This document shows, in pieces, positions 49,431-58,978 of a stretch of DNA of 64,000 bases. The DNA is taken from positions 1 to 64,000 of IMG/VR virus record IMGVR_UViG_3300016476_001599, one strand, 5' to 3'. How positions within the stretch are numbered: position 1 is the first letter of the stretch; each line of letters begins with the position of its first letter. This stretch comes from a virus. The notes beneath the pieces were generated by a model. It was not told where the DNA came from and did not search any database. It saw only the letters and a list, made by a program, of their open reading frames with translations. Position numbers and translations under genes: made by a program.

Positions 49431-49669
49431 ACATTGAGGATCTTCTCGCGGAGTTAGAAAACCCCGGGAGCAAAAAAGAAGTTCAAGCCGCCACCAAGCA
49501 AGAAGCAGTACCTGAGGCATTCGGCCCGGTTTTAAAAACGCTACCGTCGCGATCCAAAGACACAGTCTGCGGTATATGTCGCAGAAAGCTGACACCCGGA
49601 GATAAAAACTGGTGCCAAACGACTGAAACAACCAACTACTGGTGGTGCTGTTCTTGCGTTAAATCTTAG
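49427..49669 (+). CDS. Small Zn-finger protein
   Basis: CGIC...CCSC. Confidence 0.5.
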   Translation: MNIEDLLAELENPGSKKEVQAATKQEAVPEAFGPVLKTLPSRSKDTVCGICRRKLTPGDKNWCQTTETTNYWWCCSCVKS

Positions 49670-49703
49670 ATAGTGGCGGCAACAAACCCTTGAAAAATAA
49701 ACA

Positions 49704-49952
49704 ATGAAAGAAAATCAAAAAAAATTCGAATTATCGCTCACGGTTCAGTTCGATGTTGTTGATTCCAGCAAAACTGCCGATGAACGTGAAATTTTTATCA
49801 TAAGATTGATAAGAAAAATTGAAACCACAATACGAAATTCAATCGCAAATCCGGCCCGTGAAGACGAAGGTGTTACAGCTGTAAGGTCAGTCCAGATCAC
49901 GGGACTTCCTGAGTTGGTTCAAGACATAATGAAACTCGACGACGGGGAATAG
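49704..49952 (+). CDS. Hypothetical protein
   Basis: ORF track. Confidence 0.5.
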   Translation: MKENQKKFELSLTVQFDVVDSSKTADEREIFIIRLIRKIETTIRNSIANPAREDEGVTAVRSVQITGLPELVQDIMKLDDGE

Positions 49953-49954
49953 AA

Positions 49955-50155
49955 ATGACTTATCAAGATTTGCTTAATGCATTGAGCAAAATGACACCAG
50001 AACAACTGCAGTGTGACCTCACGGTTGAGGTTCCTGTTGATCACGGTTCTGTCGCCGCTTGGGGAAACGAGTGTTATCCTGCCGAATTGAAAATTTGCGA
50101 AGTGAACCACGGTGTATTGGACGAAGACCATCCCGTAATCCTTGTTAACAACTAA
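49955..50155 (+). CDS. Hypothetical protein
   Basis: MTYQDLL..MTPEQL phage-type small ORF. Confidence 0.55.
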   Translation: MTYQDLLNALSKMTPEQLQCDLTVEVPVDHGSVAAWGNECYPAELKICEVNHGVLDEDHPVILVNN

Positions 50156-50179
50156 GAACCTTTTAGGTGTAGGAGCGAC

Positions 50180-50395
50180 ATGCTACCCAGATTCATTGTC
50201 ACGTCCGAAGGTAATGACGTAACTACCTCCGTACGCATAACAAAAATTCAAAACGGCTTTATCCTTCGCACTGGCGGAAAGCCAATACACTATCCTGAAA
50301 TTGGTGCCTTGGCGGACGCGGTTCGCGAAGGCATAATGGCTATTGATTGGGAGGAGGCAAAAGATGAACGAAGCGATCGAAAGCCTAAGAAATAG
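50180..50395 (+). CDS. Hypothetical protein
   Basis: RBS aggag. Confidence 0.55.
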   Translation: MLPRFIVTSEGNDVTTSVRITKIQNGFILRTGGKPIHYPEIGALADAVREGIMAIDWEEAKDERSDRKPKK

Positions 50396-50479
50396 TCCGC
50401 ACGCGTTAATCGTTTTTGCTTTTTTCGTTGCCGCAATATCGGCTCTAACGCTGGCCGCAGTGGAAAGAAAGGCGGACTG

Positions 50480-50534
50480 ATGCTGCCGATCGAAGAATTT
50501 TATCCGTGAAAACACAAAACCTAACTTCGAGGAG
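50480..50534 (+). pseudogene. Internally deleted remnant of the 51375-type gene
   Basis: MLPIEEF start joined directly to sequence encoding IRENTKPNFEE. Confidence 0.55.
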
Positions 50535-50539
50535 TTCTC

Positions 50540-51103
50540 GTGATTTTAGCCAAAAGTGCAATTGAAAACGCGATCGAAAGCGGCGATATCAGCATAACAC
50601 CGTACTGCAAAAAGCAGCTTGGACCGAACTCGTACGATCTTCGGTTGAGCAAATACATTGCTACAAGTACCAGACCTTTACTTGATGCCAGGGCAAAACC
50701 TGTTTTCGAAACCGAAACAATCTCGGAAGAGGGTTACTTGCTTTTACCGGGCCAGCTTTATCTCATGGCTACGCAAGAAGTAACACACACTTCCAAGTAC
50801 GTTCCTTGCATCGAAGGCCGCTCCTCTATAGGCCGACTCGGAATTAACGTGCACGCCACAGCCGGTTTCGGGGACATCGGCTTCTATGGCACATGGACGC
50901 TGGAAGTCTCCTGCGTGATCCCTGTTCGAATCTACGCCGGAATGCGAATATGCCAAATTTACTTTTTCGAACCGCGTTTCTACGGTACAGCGCCAAGCCT
51001 TTACGACGGAAAATACGTTGCGCAGCAACTACCGCGTACAAGTGACGTGTATCTGGAGCAAGACGAGTGGTGCACCGTCGAATCAGCGAATATTGGAGGT
51101 TAA
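50540..51103 (+). CDS. dcd: dCTP deaminase
   Basis: LGPNSYDLRL, EGRSSIGRLG, TAGFGDIGF.G.WTLE, GMRICQ. Confidence 0.92.
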   Translation: MILAKSAIENAIESGDISITPYCKKQLGPNSYDLRLSKYIATSTRPLLDARAKPVFETETISEEGYLLLPGQLYLMATQEVTHTSKYVPCIEGRSSIGRLGINVHATAGFGDIGFYGTWTLEVSCVIPVRIYAGMRICQIYFFEPRFYGTAPSLYDGKYVAQQLPRTSDVYLEQDEWCTVESANIGG

Positions 51104-51104
51104 A

Positions 51105-51323
51105 GTGGTACACAAATGGCAACCCGGCGACAGGGTAACGCGAAACGTTTACATGGATGACGGGACTTTTAGTCGTGAAGGCGACAAGTGTTTACCGTTC
51201 AGCCCGAAATATCACGGTAAAGTGGTAAGACGCTCGCTGCACCGAGACGACGAGGTAGTTGTTGTTTTTGACGGAACAACTCGCGAGAAATGGTTTCTCG
51301 ATCATGGTTTACAGGCCGAATAA
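51105..51323 (+). CDS. Small SH3-like protein
   Basis: WQPGDRV...GKVV...VVVVFD. Confidence 0.5.
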   Translation: MVHKWQPGDRVTRNVYMDDGTFSREGDKCLPFSPKYHGKVVRRSLHRDDEVVVVFDGTTREKWFLDHGLQAE

Positions 51324-51338
51324 ATCTTAGCTACACCG

Positions 51339-51363
51339 AACCCGCCGCAAGGCGGGTTTTTTT
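51339..51363 (+). terminator. Intrinsic terminator
   Basis: aacccgcc-gcaa-ggcgggtt followed by T-run. Confidence 0.85.
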
Positions 51364-51374
51364 ATGGGGTTCTT

Positions 51375-51974
51375 ATGCTTTCGATTGAAAATTTTTGTGC
51401 TCTCAACAACGCATGCGAGGAAGGCCGTGAATGGGCCTTAGCGAATTGCACAGACATGCAGGACGTTTGGAACAAGTTGGACGACGATGAATGGTTCCTT
51501 TGGGTTGCTTGCCAGCCAGGTGTTTTAAGCGACAAAGAATTGCAGCTGTTTGCAGTTTACTGTATGGGGCAGGTTAAGCACATCTTAAGCGATCCGCGAC
51601 TCAAGGATGGCGTTGAAACCGCTGAAGGAATCCTGACTGGCGAAGCTGCGGTGGATGATTTATTTAGCTACGAAGCTTTCTTGCTTAACTTCTCTTTGCC
51701 AATTGATTTTCGCGAATTCCACGTGAACAGAGCCGCGCGGGGTGTTATGCGAATCATGCTTCCGAAGAACCGTTACAAGTCGAAGGATGCCGACGAGATT
51801 GCCTGGTCGTCGGCTTGGGCTGTTGCACGCGAAGCCGAGAGCCGCGAAGCCGAAAGCCAAAATTTTCGAAAAAGAAAAAACCCTCTTCGGGCGCGAGAAA
51901 AAGCCATGGCCGCCAATTTAAAAGACAAAGTCAAATGGCTTCGGGAAAACACAAAACCAAACTTTGAGGAGTAA
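51375..51974 (+). CDS. Helical phage protein (Imm5-like), paralog 1
   Basis: ACEEGREWA, QPGVLSDKELQLFAVYC, WLRENTKPNF shared with 52842. Confidence 0.6.
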   Translation: MLSIENFCALNNACEEGREWALANCTDMQDVWNKLDDDEWFLWVACQPGVLSDKELQLFAVYCMGQVKHILSDPRLKDGVETAEGILTGEAAVDDLFSYEAFLLNFSLPIDFREFHVNRAARGVMRIMLPKNRYKSKDADEIAWSSAWAVAREAESREAESQNFRKRKNPLRAREKAMAANLKDKVKWLRENTKPNFEE

Positions 51975-51976
51975 AC

Positions 51977-52714
51977 ATGTTAACGAAAGAAACAGTCGAT
52001 ATAACCCTCGATTTCAAACTGAGCCAGGATTACACCGTGTTCAACGCAGAGAGTTTTAAAGCTTTATGCGAAGAACATCTGCCGTGGACAAAAGACCTGC
52101 CCGAGGGCTCGCCGAACAGGCCACCTGAAAACGCCATTAATCTCGGCGATTTTCGCTTTTTCAATGCTGTTTATCCGTTTGAATCGCCCGTCGGAATCCT
52201 GGCAGAGCGTCCAATGATGCGTCGCAACTGGCTTGAAGTTGAGCCAAAAAGCCGAAAAAGGATAGGGTTTTCCGCGAACGTCTTAATACCGCTTTTACAG
52301 GATTCGCGAGGCATGCCTTGGATGAGTTTTACTCCCATGGAAATACGCACCCAGCGATCGCAAATTGCAAAAACAAAAGGCAAGACTGTAATCGCAGGAA
52401 TAGGTCTAGGTTGGTTTGCGTACCAGGTCTTACGGCGTTCTAAAGTGACCGAAGTAGTTATTATCGACCGGAACCAAGACGTCTTGAACTACTTCGGCGA
52501 AAAGCTGAAAGCCGTTTCCGACAAGCCGATAACCCTGGTGCACGAAAACGCGTACGACTTCGATTGGAAGAACGCCAATCTTGACACTGCGGTTTGGGAC
52601 ATCTGGCCTACGTACACGTGTGCTGGATGTGACAGGAAATACCTTAAAATCCGCTCGGAGCTATTGGCTGCGGGTAAAACCTGTACTCAATGGGGGACAT
52701 TGTCGCGTGAATAA
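51977..52714 (+). CDS. Class I SAM-dependent methyltransferase / spermidine-synthase-like protein
   Basis: GKTVIAGIGLG, VVIIDRNQDV, ENAY, WDIW. Confidence 0.7.
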   Translation: MLTKETVDITLDFKLSQDYTVFNAESFKALCEEHLPWTKDLPEGSPNRPPENAINLGDFRFFNAVYPFESPVGILAERPMMRRNWLEVEPKSRKRIGFSANVLIPLLQDSRGMPWMSFTPMEIRTQRSQIAKTKGKTVIAGIGLGWFAYQVLRRSKVTEVVIIDRNQDVLNYFGEKLKAVSDKPITLVHENAYDFDWKNANLDTAVWDIWPTYTCAGCDRKYLKIRSELLAAGKTCTQWGTLSRE

Positions 52715-52841
52715 AGAATCGGGAGTCATTGTGTTTTTGTTTATTTTTGCCTTCGTGTTAATGCAAGTCGAAGCTTGTAGCGACAAAAATCGAAGAATTG
52801 AACGTGTCAGACAACATCAAAAGGCAAGATAGGGTGATTCA

Positions 52842-53558
52842 ATGGTGCGAAATGTTGTTTTTGTTGAAGACGCTGCGGGATGGGTCGGCGTGTACCTTGA
52901 CGGGATAATCGAGGACGTGGCTTTAGAGTGGGACCCGCAAGGTATTGCCGACCTATTGAACGGTGAACCGTGTACGCTTTCGTTTGACCGAGACGATTCG
53001 GAATACGGAAGTCTCTTGGCAAACTGGCCAAGCCGTCACGCATTCCCGGTGGCGGTCAAAACGTTTGTTGAGCGTTACGCTGACCTTGCCTTTATGCGAC
53101 ATTGGGCGGAAGAAAATTGTACGGAAATGCAAGACGCTTGGGGCAAGCTAAAACCCGAGTGGCTAATCCAGGTTGCCCTTCAACCAGGCGTTTTAAGCGA
53201 CAAAGAACTGCGTCTTTTCGCGGTTCACTGTGCAAGATCGGTTGAGCCTCGTTTTAAGGATGAAAGAACAACAGAAGCTATTAACGTTGCCGAGCGTTTT
53301 GCCAACGATAGCGCCACAGAGAAAGAATTAACCGAAGCCCGGAAGGGTGCTCGGCTTGCGCACGCCGAGACGCGTCGCCCGCCACTTTTTGACGCTGCCT
53401 GGGCTTCGTGCGCGGCGGAGGCTCGTGCCGCGGCAAGAGCAGCCTCGTCCGCAGCTGCGTATAACGCTGAAAGCGGCAGCGACAACATAGCAGCGCAGGC
53501 CAATTGGCTTCGCGAGAACACGCAACCCAACTTTGAAAGGCCGAACAACCACAAATGA
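52842..53558 (+). CDS. Helical phage protein (Imm5-like), paralog 2 with extra N-terminal domain
   Basis: QPGVLSDKELRLFAVHCAR, EAINVAERFA, WLRENTQPNF. Confidence 0.65.
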   Translation: MVRNVVFVEDAAGWVGVYLDGIIEDVALEWDPQGIADLLNGEPCTLSFDRDDSEYGSLLANWPSRHAFPVAVKTFVERYADLAFMRHWAEENCTEMQDAWGKLKPEWLIQVALQPGVLSDKELRLFAVHCARSVEPRFKDERTTEAINVAERFANDSATEKELTEARKGARLAHAETRRPPLFDAAWASCAAEARAAARAASSAAAYNAESGSDNIAAQANWLRENTQPNFERPNNHK

Positions 53559-53905
53559 TATCCAGAGAAGACTATATCGAAGGTAAGGCAACCCACCAAG
53601 CTTATTACGGACAGTTTGTAAACGCTGGGTACAAGTCGCGTGTTTTAAGCCGAATTGGGCTTAGTCAGCTGGTGGCGTCACGCGATCCACACTTCAACGA
53701 CATCCCCCTTGCCGAGTGGGAAAAGATAGCTTCCTGGGGTGGGCTTGCTTCAACAACGTCGAAAATGGAGCAGTGCGGTGATTATTTGACCATTGCTGGC
53801 CACATTTGCATTCTAAAAGAAGCCGCAAGGCAACTTGTCGAAGCGGATACAACCAATCGTCAGACAGCTGAAACGATCGAAACAAGCGACAATTTAGAAG
53901 GGTAA
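53555..53905 (+). CDS. Hypothetical protein
   Basis: THQAYYGQF..DPHFNDIPL..W..CILKEAARQ. Confidence 0.6.
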   Translation: MISREDYIEGKATHQAYYGQFVNAGYKSRVLSRIGLSQLVASRDPHFNDIPLAEWEKIASWGGLASTTSKMEQCGDYLTIAGHICILKEAARQLVEADTTNRQTAETIETSDNLEG

Positions 53906-53909
53906 ACCA

Positions 53910-55379
53910 ATGACTGAATCAAGATTTGTAAAGATTGGTCCGGAGTTTTTTGCGAAAGAACTTCGCGAATACGCGAATTGGCGGTGGGCTTTTGTCCGTG
54001 AGGCGTTGCAAAACTGCATCGACGCACCAAGGTGCAAAAACGCGTGGTTCAATGTCACCGAAGAAGACGGTTACACGACCGTTACCTGGGGTAACGACGG
54101 CAAGCCGATGGACCTTGAAACGATCGAAAACAAGCTTTTTGCCTTGGGAGGTACCGGAAAAGGGTTCGAGGGAACAGTTGGCGGTTTCGGTAAGGCCAAA
54201 ACGCTGCTGTACTTCGCCCAAGAAAGCTACGAGATCGTGACGGGAAACTTGCGTATCAAAGGCAGCGGCGGCGACTACACCGTAACGACAACTTCCGACG
54301 CGGCAGACACTGTTTCAAAAGTTCGAATCAAGGGACTTTTCGCAGATGCCTTGCGGCTTCACGCCGAACGTTTTGTAGCACTAGCGCAGTGGGCAGGTAC
54401 CGTTCGCGTCCAAGGGGTTGCAAGCCAACCGGCTTTGCGCAAAGGAAAACATCGCAGAAGTTTTTCATTCGGCGACGTCTACACGAACAACCAAGAAAGG
54501 AACCTGCTGGTGGTCCGCATAAACGGTATCCCCATGTTCACTCGACAAATTCAACTGGATCGCTGCGTTGTTCTCGAGCTAACCGGATCGAGCGTAGACC
54601 GGCTGACAAGCAACCGCGACAGCTTGCTTGGCAAGTTCTCGGCGGAGCTCGATTCTTTCCTGACGGAGCTTGCCGTAGACAGAAGAAGTGCGCTGTCGCC
54701 TAACAGCGAAACGCGAGAGTTTTTCGGTGACACGCGAATCGCTTGCCTGTTTGAACCGCAGCCTGCGAAAGAGGAAAGTGTTACCGACGCAAGCGGCAGC
54801 GACGAGACGCTGCAGGCGGCTGCAACGCCTTTACGGCACGTCTTGTCTGGTAGTCCTGAGAACTTGGGTGCGTTGTCAACCTTCGCCAATTCGGGGCGAG
54901 GCGTCGGAGAAATGCGGTTTGTTATTTATAACAAAATGAACCGCAAAATTCCGAAACGTTTTCTCCCAGGAAGAAACATGCAGCCGCACGCCAGGAAACT
55001 TGCAGACACTTGGCGTAAAATCATGATCGAGCTACATCGTATCGCGAAAGTATCGGCAAGTTTTTCGATCGGTTTTGTTTTCGACGACGCGACTGACGAC
55101 GCGACCTTGGCGCAGCACGAGCGACACGAAAACGAAAGCATCTACTATATCAATCCAGTGTTGCCGAATTTTAAGAAACGTTTTTCGGCAAAAGACAAGG
55201 ATTTACTGATTCTAGTGGCCGCGCACGAATTTGTGCACGGGCAATACGGGCTTCGTTTTCACGATGAAGACTTTGCTTCACGTTTAACTTTTTTTGCGGC
55301 GGAAGTGATGCGCAACCGAAAGTGTTTTAACCACTGCTTCCGGGACTCAACTAATAACCAAGAAAGAGCATTGGCGTAA
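53910..55379 (+). CDS. GHKL (HSP90/MutL-like) ATPase with C-terminal HExxH domain
   Basis: REALQNCIDA (N box), NDGKPMD (G1), GGFGKAK (G2); AAHEFVH...HDEDF zincin-like motif. Confidence 0.75.
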   Translation: MTESRFVKIGPEFFAKELREYANWRWAFVREALQNCIDAPRCKNAWFNVTEEDGYTTVTWGNDGKPMDLETIENKLFALGGTGKGFEGTVGGFGKAKTLLYFAQESYEIVTGNLRIKGSGGDYTVTTTSDAADTVSKVRIKGLFADALRLHAERFVALAQWAGTVRVQGVASQPALRKGKHRRSFSFGDVYTNNQERNLLVVRINGIPMFTRQIQLDRCVVLELTGSSVDRLTSNRDSLLGKFSAELDSFLTELAVDRRSALSPNSETREFFGDTRIACLFEPQPAKEESVTDASGSDETLQAAATPLRHVLSGSPENLGALSTFANSGRGVGEMRFVIYNKMNRKIPKRFLPGRNMQPHARKLADTWRKIMIELHRIAKVSASFSIGFVFDDATDDATLAQHERHENESIYYINPVLPNFKKRFSAKDKDLLILVAAHEFVHGQYGLRFHDEDFASRLTFFAAEVMRNRKCFNHCFRDSTNNQERALA

Positions 55380-55603
55380 TGAGTAAACCGAAACCCGAGG
55401 AAATGTTGAAGCTGCTGCTACGGCAGCAGCTTTCGGCAACCGAAGAGCAGGCCGAAACAATCTGGTCTTCTTTTGAAAGTTTTTGCCAACGTCGGCTTCG
55501 CGAGGACTACCCAGACAGCGGCTATGCCGCAATCGTTCTAGATGGCGAAGGCGGCGAGATCATTGGTGTAGACCTATATGACGACAGGGACGGTTCCGAT
55601 TGA
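55379..55603 (+). CDS. Hypothetical protein
   Basis: Coupled ORF. Confidence 0.5.
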   Translation: MSKPKPEEMLKLLLRQQLSATEEQAETIWSSFESFCQRRLREDYPDSGYAAIVLDGEGGEIIGVDLYDDRDGSD

Positions 55604-55818
55604 AAAAAATAAAACAAGGCGACGAATTTATTTTAAAACAGTCCGACGGATCCAAGCTTAAATTTCGGCGCGAAAATAATGATCCTCAACCTGTATGGCC
55701 ATCCGAAATGCTGCGTGTCACTCACTTAAGTCACAGCATGGTCCCTAATTTTAAGCCGTACACTTTTAACACTTGCCAAGAGTGGTTTAGACAAAGAGAT
55801 CTATTTGCCGAAGAGTAA
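55600..55818 (+). CDS. Hypothetical protein
   Basis: Coupled ORF. Confidence 0.4.
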   Translation: MKKIKQGDEFILKQSDGSKLKFRRENNDPQPVWPSEMLRVTHLSHSMVPNFKPYTFNTCQEWFRQRDLFAEE

Positions 55819-55881
55819 GCCAGTTTTGGTGGCATACTTTGCAGGGCAAAATCCCGCGTTCCAATAAGAAAATGGTGAAGC

Positions 55882-56916
55882 ATGAAACCTGAAGAACTAA
55901 AGACAATTTTGGACGATCACGATAAGTGGTTGCGTGGCGAAGGCGGAAAACAGGCCAACCTTCGCGCGGCCAACCTTCGCGGGGCCGACCTTTACTTGGC
56001 CAACCTAAACGAGGCCAACCTTTGCAGGGCCAACCTTGCCGGGGCCAGCCTAAGCAAGGCCAACCTAAGCGGGGCCAATCTTCAAAGGGCCAACCTAAGC
56101 AGGGCCAACCTAAGCGGGGCCAACCTAAGCGAGGCCGACCTAAGCGAGGCCGACCTTCGCGAGGCCAACCTTCGCGGGGCCAACCTAAGCTGGGCCGACC
56201 TAAGCGGGGCCAACCTTGCCGGGGCTGACCTAAGCGGGGCCAACCTTGCCTGGGCCAGCCTAAGCAAGGCCAACCTAAGCGGGGCCAATCTTCAAAGGTC
56301 CGACCTAAGCGGGGACGACCTTCGCGAGGCCAACCTAAGCGAGGCCGACCTTCGCGAGGCCAACCTGAGCGGGGTCAACCTTCGCGGGGCCAACCTTGGC
56401 GAGGTCAGCCTAAGCGAGGCCATCCTAAACGGGGCCGACCTTAGCGAGGCCAACCTTTGCTGGGCCAACCTTCGCGCGGCCAACCTAAGCGGGGCCAGCC
56501 TACGCGAGGCCAACCTAAGCAAGGCCAACCTAAGCATGGCCAACCTAAGTGAGGCCAACCTAAGCATGGCCAACCTAAGCATGGCCAACCTAAGCGGGGC
56601 CGACCTAAGCATGGCCAACCTACGCAGGGCCGACCTAAGCGGGGCCAACCTAAGCGAGGCCAACCTAAGCGGGGCCAGAGTTGACGCCGCAGTGTGCAGG
56701 ATGGACTTCGGCGGTTGGTCGATCTGCGTTTACGCTGACAAAACCTCTATCGGGTGCAAAACGCACGCGAACGAGAACTGGTTATCGTGGACCCCGGAAA
56801 GCGAAGAAATCAAGACGATGCACTCCGATGCGGCTTCTTGGTGGGCGACGCACGGAGGAATGGTTAAGGCGGTGATACGGGGTGTGATGGCTAAAGCGAA
56901 AGGCGGTGAAGCGTGA
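55882..56916 (+). CDS. Pentapeptide-repeat protein (paralog B)
   Basis: Same caps as 26040 gene, 100 aa longer repeat tract. Confidence 0.9.
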   Translation: MKPEELKTILDDHDKWLRGEGGKQANLRAANLRGADLYLANLNEANLCRANLAGASLSKANLSGANLQRANLSRANLSGANLSEADLSEADLREANLRGANLSWADLSGANLAGADLSGANLAWASLSKANLSGANLQRSDLSGDDLREANLSEADLREANLSGVNLRGANLGEVSLSEAILNGADLSEANLCWANLRAANLSGASLREANLSKANLSMANLSEANLSMANLSMANLSGADLSMANLRRADLSGANLSEANLSGARVDAAVCRMDFGGWSICVYADKTSIGCKTHANENWLSWTPESEEIKTMHSDAASWWATHGGMVKAVIRGVMAKAKGGEA

Positions 56917-56998
56917 GCGATTTAATAAGCTGCTTCGGTACCTTGGATTCAATGTCGATCGCGGCGTGTACCGCAACGATAAGAGGAAACACTAGGAA

Positions 56999-57307
56999 AT
57001 GAGCGAAAAACGAAAACCTGAATTGTCTTTCGATGCCTGGTTTTGGGGCAAGAGCGGAAAGAAGAAGGTCGTTAGGATCGAGCTGTACCCTGCGAATCTA
57101 TGGCCGATGGGCGAGTCCAAAGTAAGGCTTGGATTGCGAGAAACTAAATCGGACGTGTACAGGCTCAGAGTCAATGGTAAATGGTGGCAATCGCAAAAGA
57201 CGTTTACGCTGTCTCAGTTTTTCGCGATCTTTCGCCGAACCTCGATCTCAATTCGCAAAAATATGCGAAGAAAACAAAACTTGAAACAGGAAGGCGGTGA
57301 CGCGTGA
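56999..57307 (+). CDS. Basic hypothetical protein
   Basis: Ends GGDA at junction repeat. Confidence 0.55.
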   Translation: MSEKRKPELSFDAWFWGKSGKKKVVRIELYPANLWPMGESKVRLGLRETKSDVYRLRVNGKWWQSQKTFTLSQFFAIFRRTSISIRKNMRRKQNLKQEGGDA

Positions 57308-57702
57308 GCACAAAAGCAAAGTTCGGGCCAGGAAGTTACAAGACTAGATGCGGTGAAGACGTTGAGATTGTCGCAGTAGTTGGCAAAGTTGCGATTGGGT
57401 ATTCTAACAACAACCCGAAGGCCGCCAACACATGGAGCGCCCATACGGGGCGATTCCACTTTGGATTGAGCTACGAGAGCAAGTACGACCTCATCGACGC
57501 GAACGCGAATCAGCCGGAGAGCGAAGGTTTAAAGATTGGCCTTCGCGACTGGTTCGCGGGGCAAGCAAGCGATAGCGACGTTAAGCGATGGAAGGAGATT
57601 TATTCGCACAACGGCACTTCAATCACTGAAGAAGAGGCTAAGTACGTATACGCTGATGCCATGATTGCAGCGAGGGGAAAGCAGGAAGGCGGTGAAGCGT
57701 GA
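57304..57702 (+). CDS. Two-module hypothetical protein
   Basis: YKTRCGEDVEIVAV module (similar to 58543) plus LRDWFAGQA...YADAMIAAR module. Confidence 0.6.
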   Translation: MSTKAKFGPGSYKTRCGEDVEIVAVVGKVAIGYSNNNPKAANTWSAHTGRFHFGLSYESKYDLIDANANQPESEGLKIGLRDWFAGQASDSDVKRWKEIYSHNGTSITEEEAKYVYADAMIAARGKQEGGEA

Positions 57703-58022
57703 GCGAGCAGAAACAAGTCTGGATCGATGTACACTGCCCAATTCAACCAAGCGATCCACTACCGCCAGAGCGAAAGGTGGTGTTGATTTGGCTCGCAGGG
57801 TTCGCTCTTCCGTTTTGCGGATATGTTCGATATGCGGCAGGTGATGAAAAGCGCCCTTATTTTGTTGCCTATCACGGAAACTTGAATAAGGGGGCGGAGG
57901 TGATTGCTTGGTGCGATTGCCTGCCGGATCAGGGGCCGAATCGAAACGAAGCCAGCATGTACAACGCCGAGCAAAAAAAACGGAAGAGGCTATCCTGCAA
58001 GGCGAGCAGCGAAAGGCGGTGA
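57699..58022 (+). CDS. DUF551-like hypothetical protein; possible 3' frameshift
   Basis: WID...LPP...VL...VIAW..LP; A8 tract at 57973-57980. Confidence 0.55.
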   Translation: MSEQKQVWIDVHCPIQPSDPLPPERKVVLIWLAGFALPFCGYVRYAAGDEKRPYFVAYHGNLNKGAEVIAWCDCLPDQGPNRNEASMYNAEQKKRKRLSCKASSERR

Positions 58023-58025
58023 AGC

Positions 58026-58292
58026 GTGAGTGAAGCAACTTGTCCGTACTGCAAGGAAGAATTCGAGCCTGACGATCACTACAAATCAGGTCCATACGAG
58101 TGCCCGGAGTGTTCGGAGGTGCTTTGGCTGGAGGTGGAGTATGATATTTCGTTCGATGCAAGCTGCATGAAAGGCGCGCACCTTTTCGTAAAAAACGAAG
58201 CCGCGAGCTTTAAGCACAACCAAACTGTGCTTATCTGCGAACGTTGTGGCGCTTGTGACTTGCCGGACACGCGAAAAGGAGGCGAGGCGTGA
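58026..58292 (+). CDS. Zn-ribbon protein
   Basis: CPYC, CPEC, CERC. Confidence 0.6.
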   Translation: MSEATCPYCKEEFEPDDHYKSGPYECPECSEVLWLEVEYDISFDASCMKGAHLFVKNEAASFKHNQTVLICERCGACDLPDTRKGGEA

Positions 58293-58495
58293 GCGTACCC
58301 AAACTGGAAGAGTTATTTGAGAAGTTTCGAAAGCTAAATTCTTTAGCGCAACGCGACGCGTTTGAGCAACACTTTCGTTCAATTGCGAGCGGGCAAGCGG
58401 AACCCGAACTTCGTAAAGAAAGCGCGGTATTCGCCGCTCAGTGCGTGGTCATTCTATTTGAACACACCAAGGTGATGGAAGCCGGTGAAACCTAA
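58289..58495 (+). CDS. Hypothetical protein
   Basis: GTGA overlap. Confidence 0.5.
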   Translation: MSVPKLEELFEKFRKLNSLAQRDAFEQHFRSIASGQAEPELRKESAVFAAQCVVILFEHTKVMEAGET

Positions 58496-58542
58496 CCGCC
58501 ACACTGCTGACTAAATTTTCAAAATCGAAAGGAAATAAAACG

Positions 58543-58899
58543 ATGCTTACAGTAGGGAATTACAAGATGAGAGACGGACGCGACGTGAAGATCGTTGCGG
58601 TGGTTGACGGATTCGCTGTTGGTTATCGCGCAGATGACGGGCCGATAGGCTCAACTACATGGGATGCCAGCAATGGACGGTATTTTAATGATGGAAGCGA
58701 AGATAGCTGGGACATCATTGACGACAAACCGCGAATCAAGCGAGAGGCTTGGTTGACAATTTACGACGAGAGAGATGACGGCATTGTTGCAGGAGGAGGC
58801 TACGCAACGAAAGAACAGGCGATGGCGAACAGGTCGGAAGCTTGCATCGCCATCGCTCGTGTGCCTATCGATTTCGTAAGAGGAGAGAACCTTACGTAA
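58543..58899 (+). CDS. Hypothetical protein
   Basis: YKMRDGRDVKIVAV module. Confidence 0.6.
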   Translation: MLTVGNYKMRDGRDVKIVAVVDGFAVGYRADDGPIGSTTWDASNGRYFNDGSEDSWDIIDDKPRIKREAWLTIYDERDDGIVAGGGYATKEQAMANRSEACIAIARVPIDFVRGENLT

Positions 58900-58978
58900 C
58901 TCGGCGACGAAGAGTTTAATGTAACGCTAAAGTGTGTGAAATGACATTTTTTGAAATTTATGTTACCAGGAGAAGATT

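Noticed and set aside
55926-56663. RLAxL and GQPxR ORFs over the pentapeptide gene (also 26150-26401)
   Set aside because: Frame and antisense shadows of the 15-bp repeat.
26040-56916. Diversity-generating retroelement TR/VR pair in the pentapeptide paralogs
   Set aside because: Differences inspected in the shared C-terminal region are mostly third-position and not adenine-specific; no reverse transcriptase in the window.
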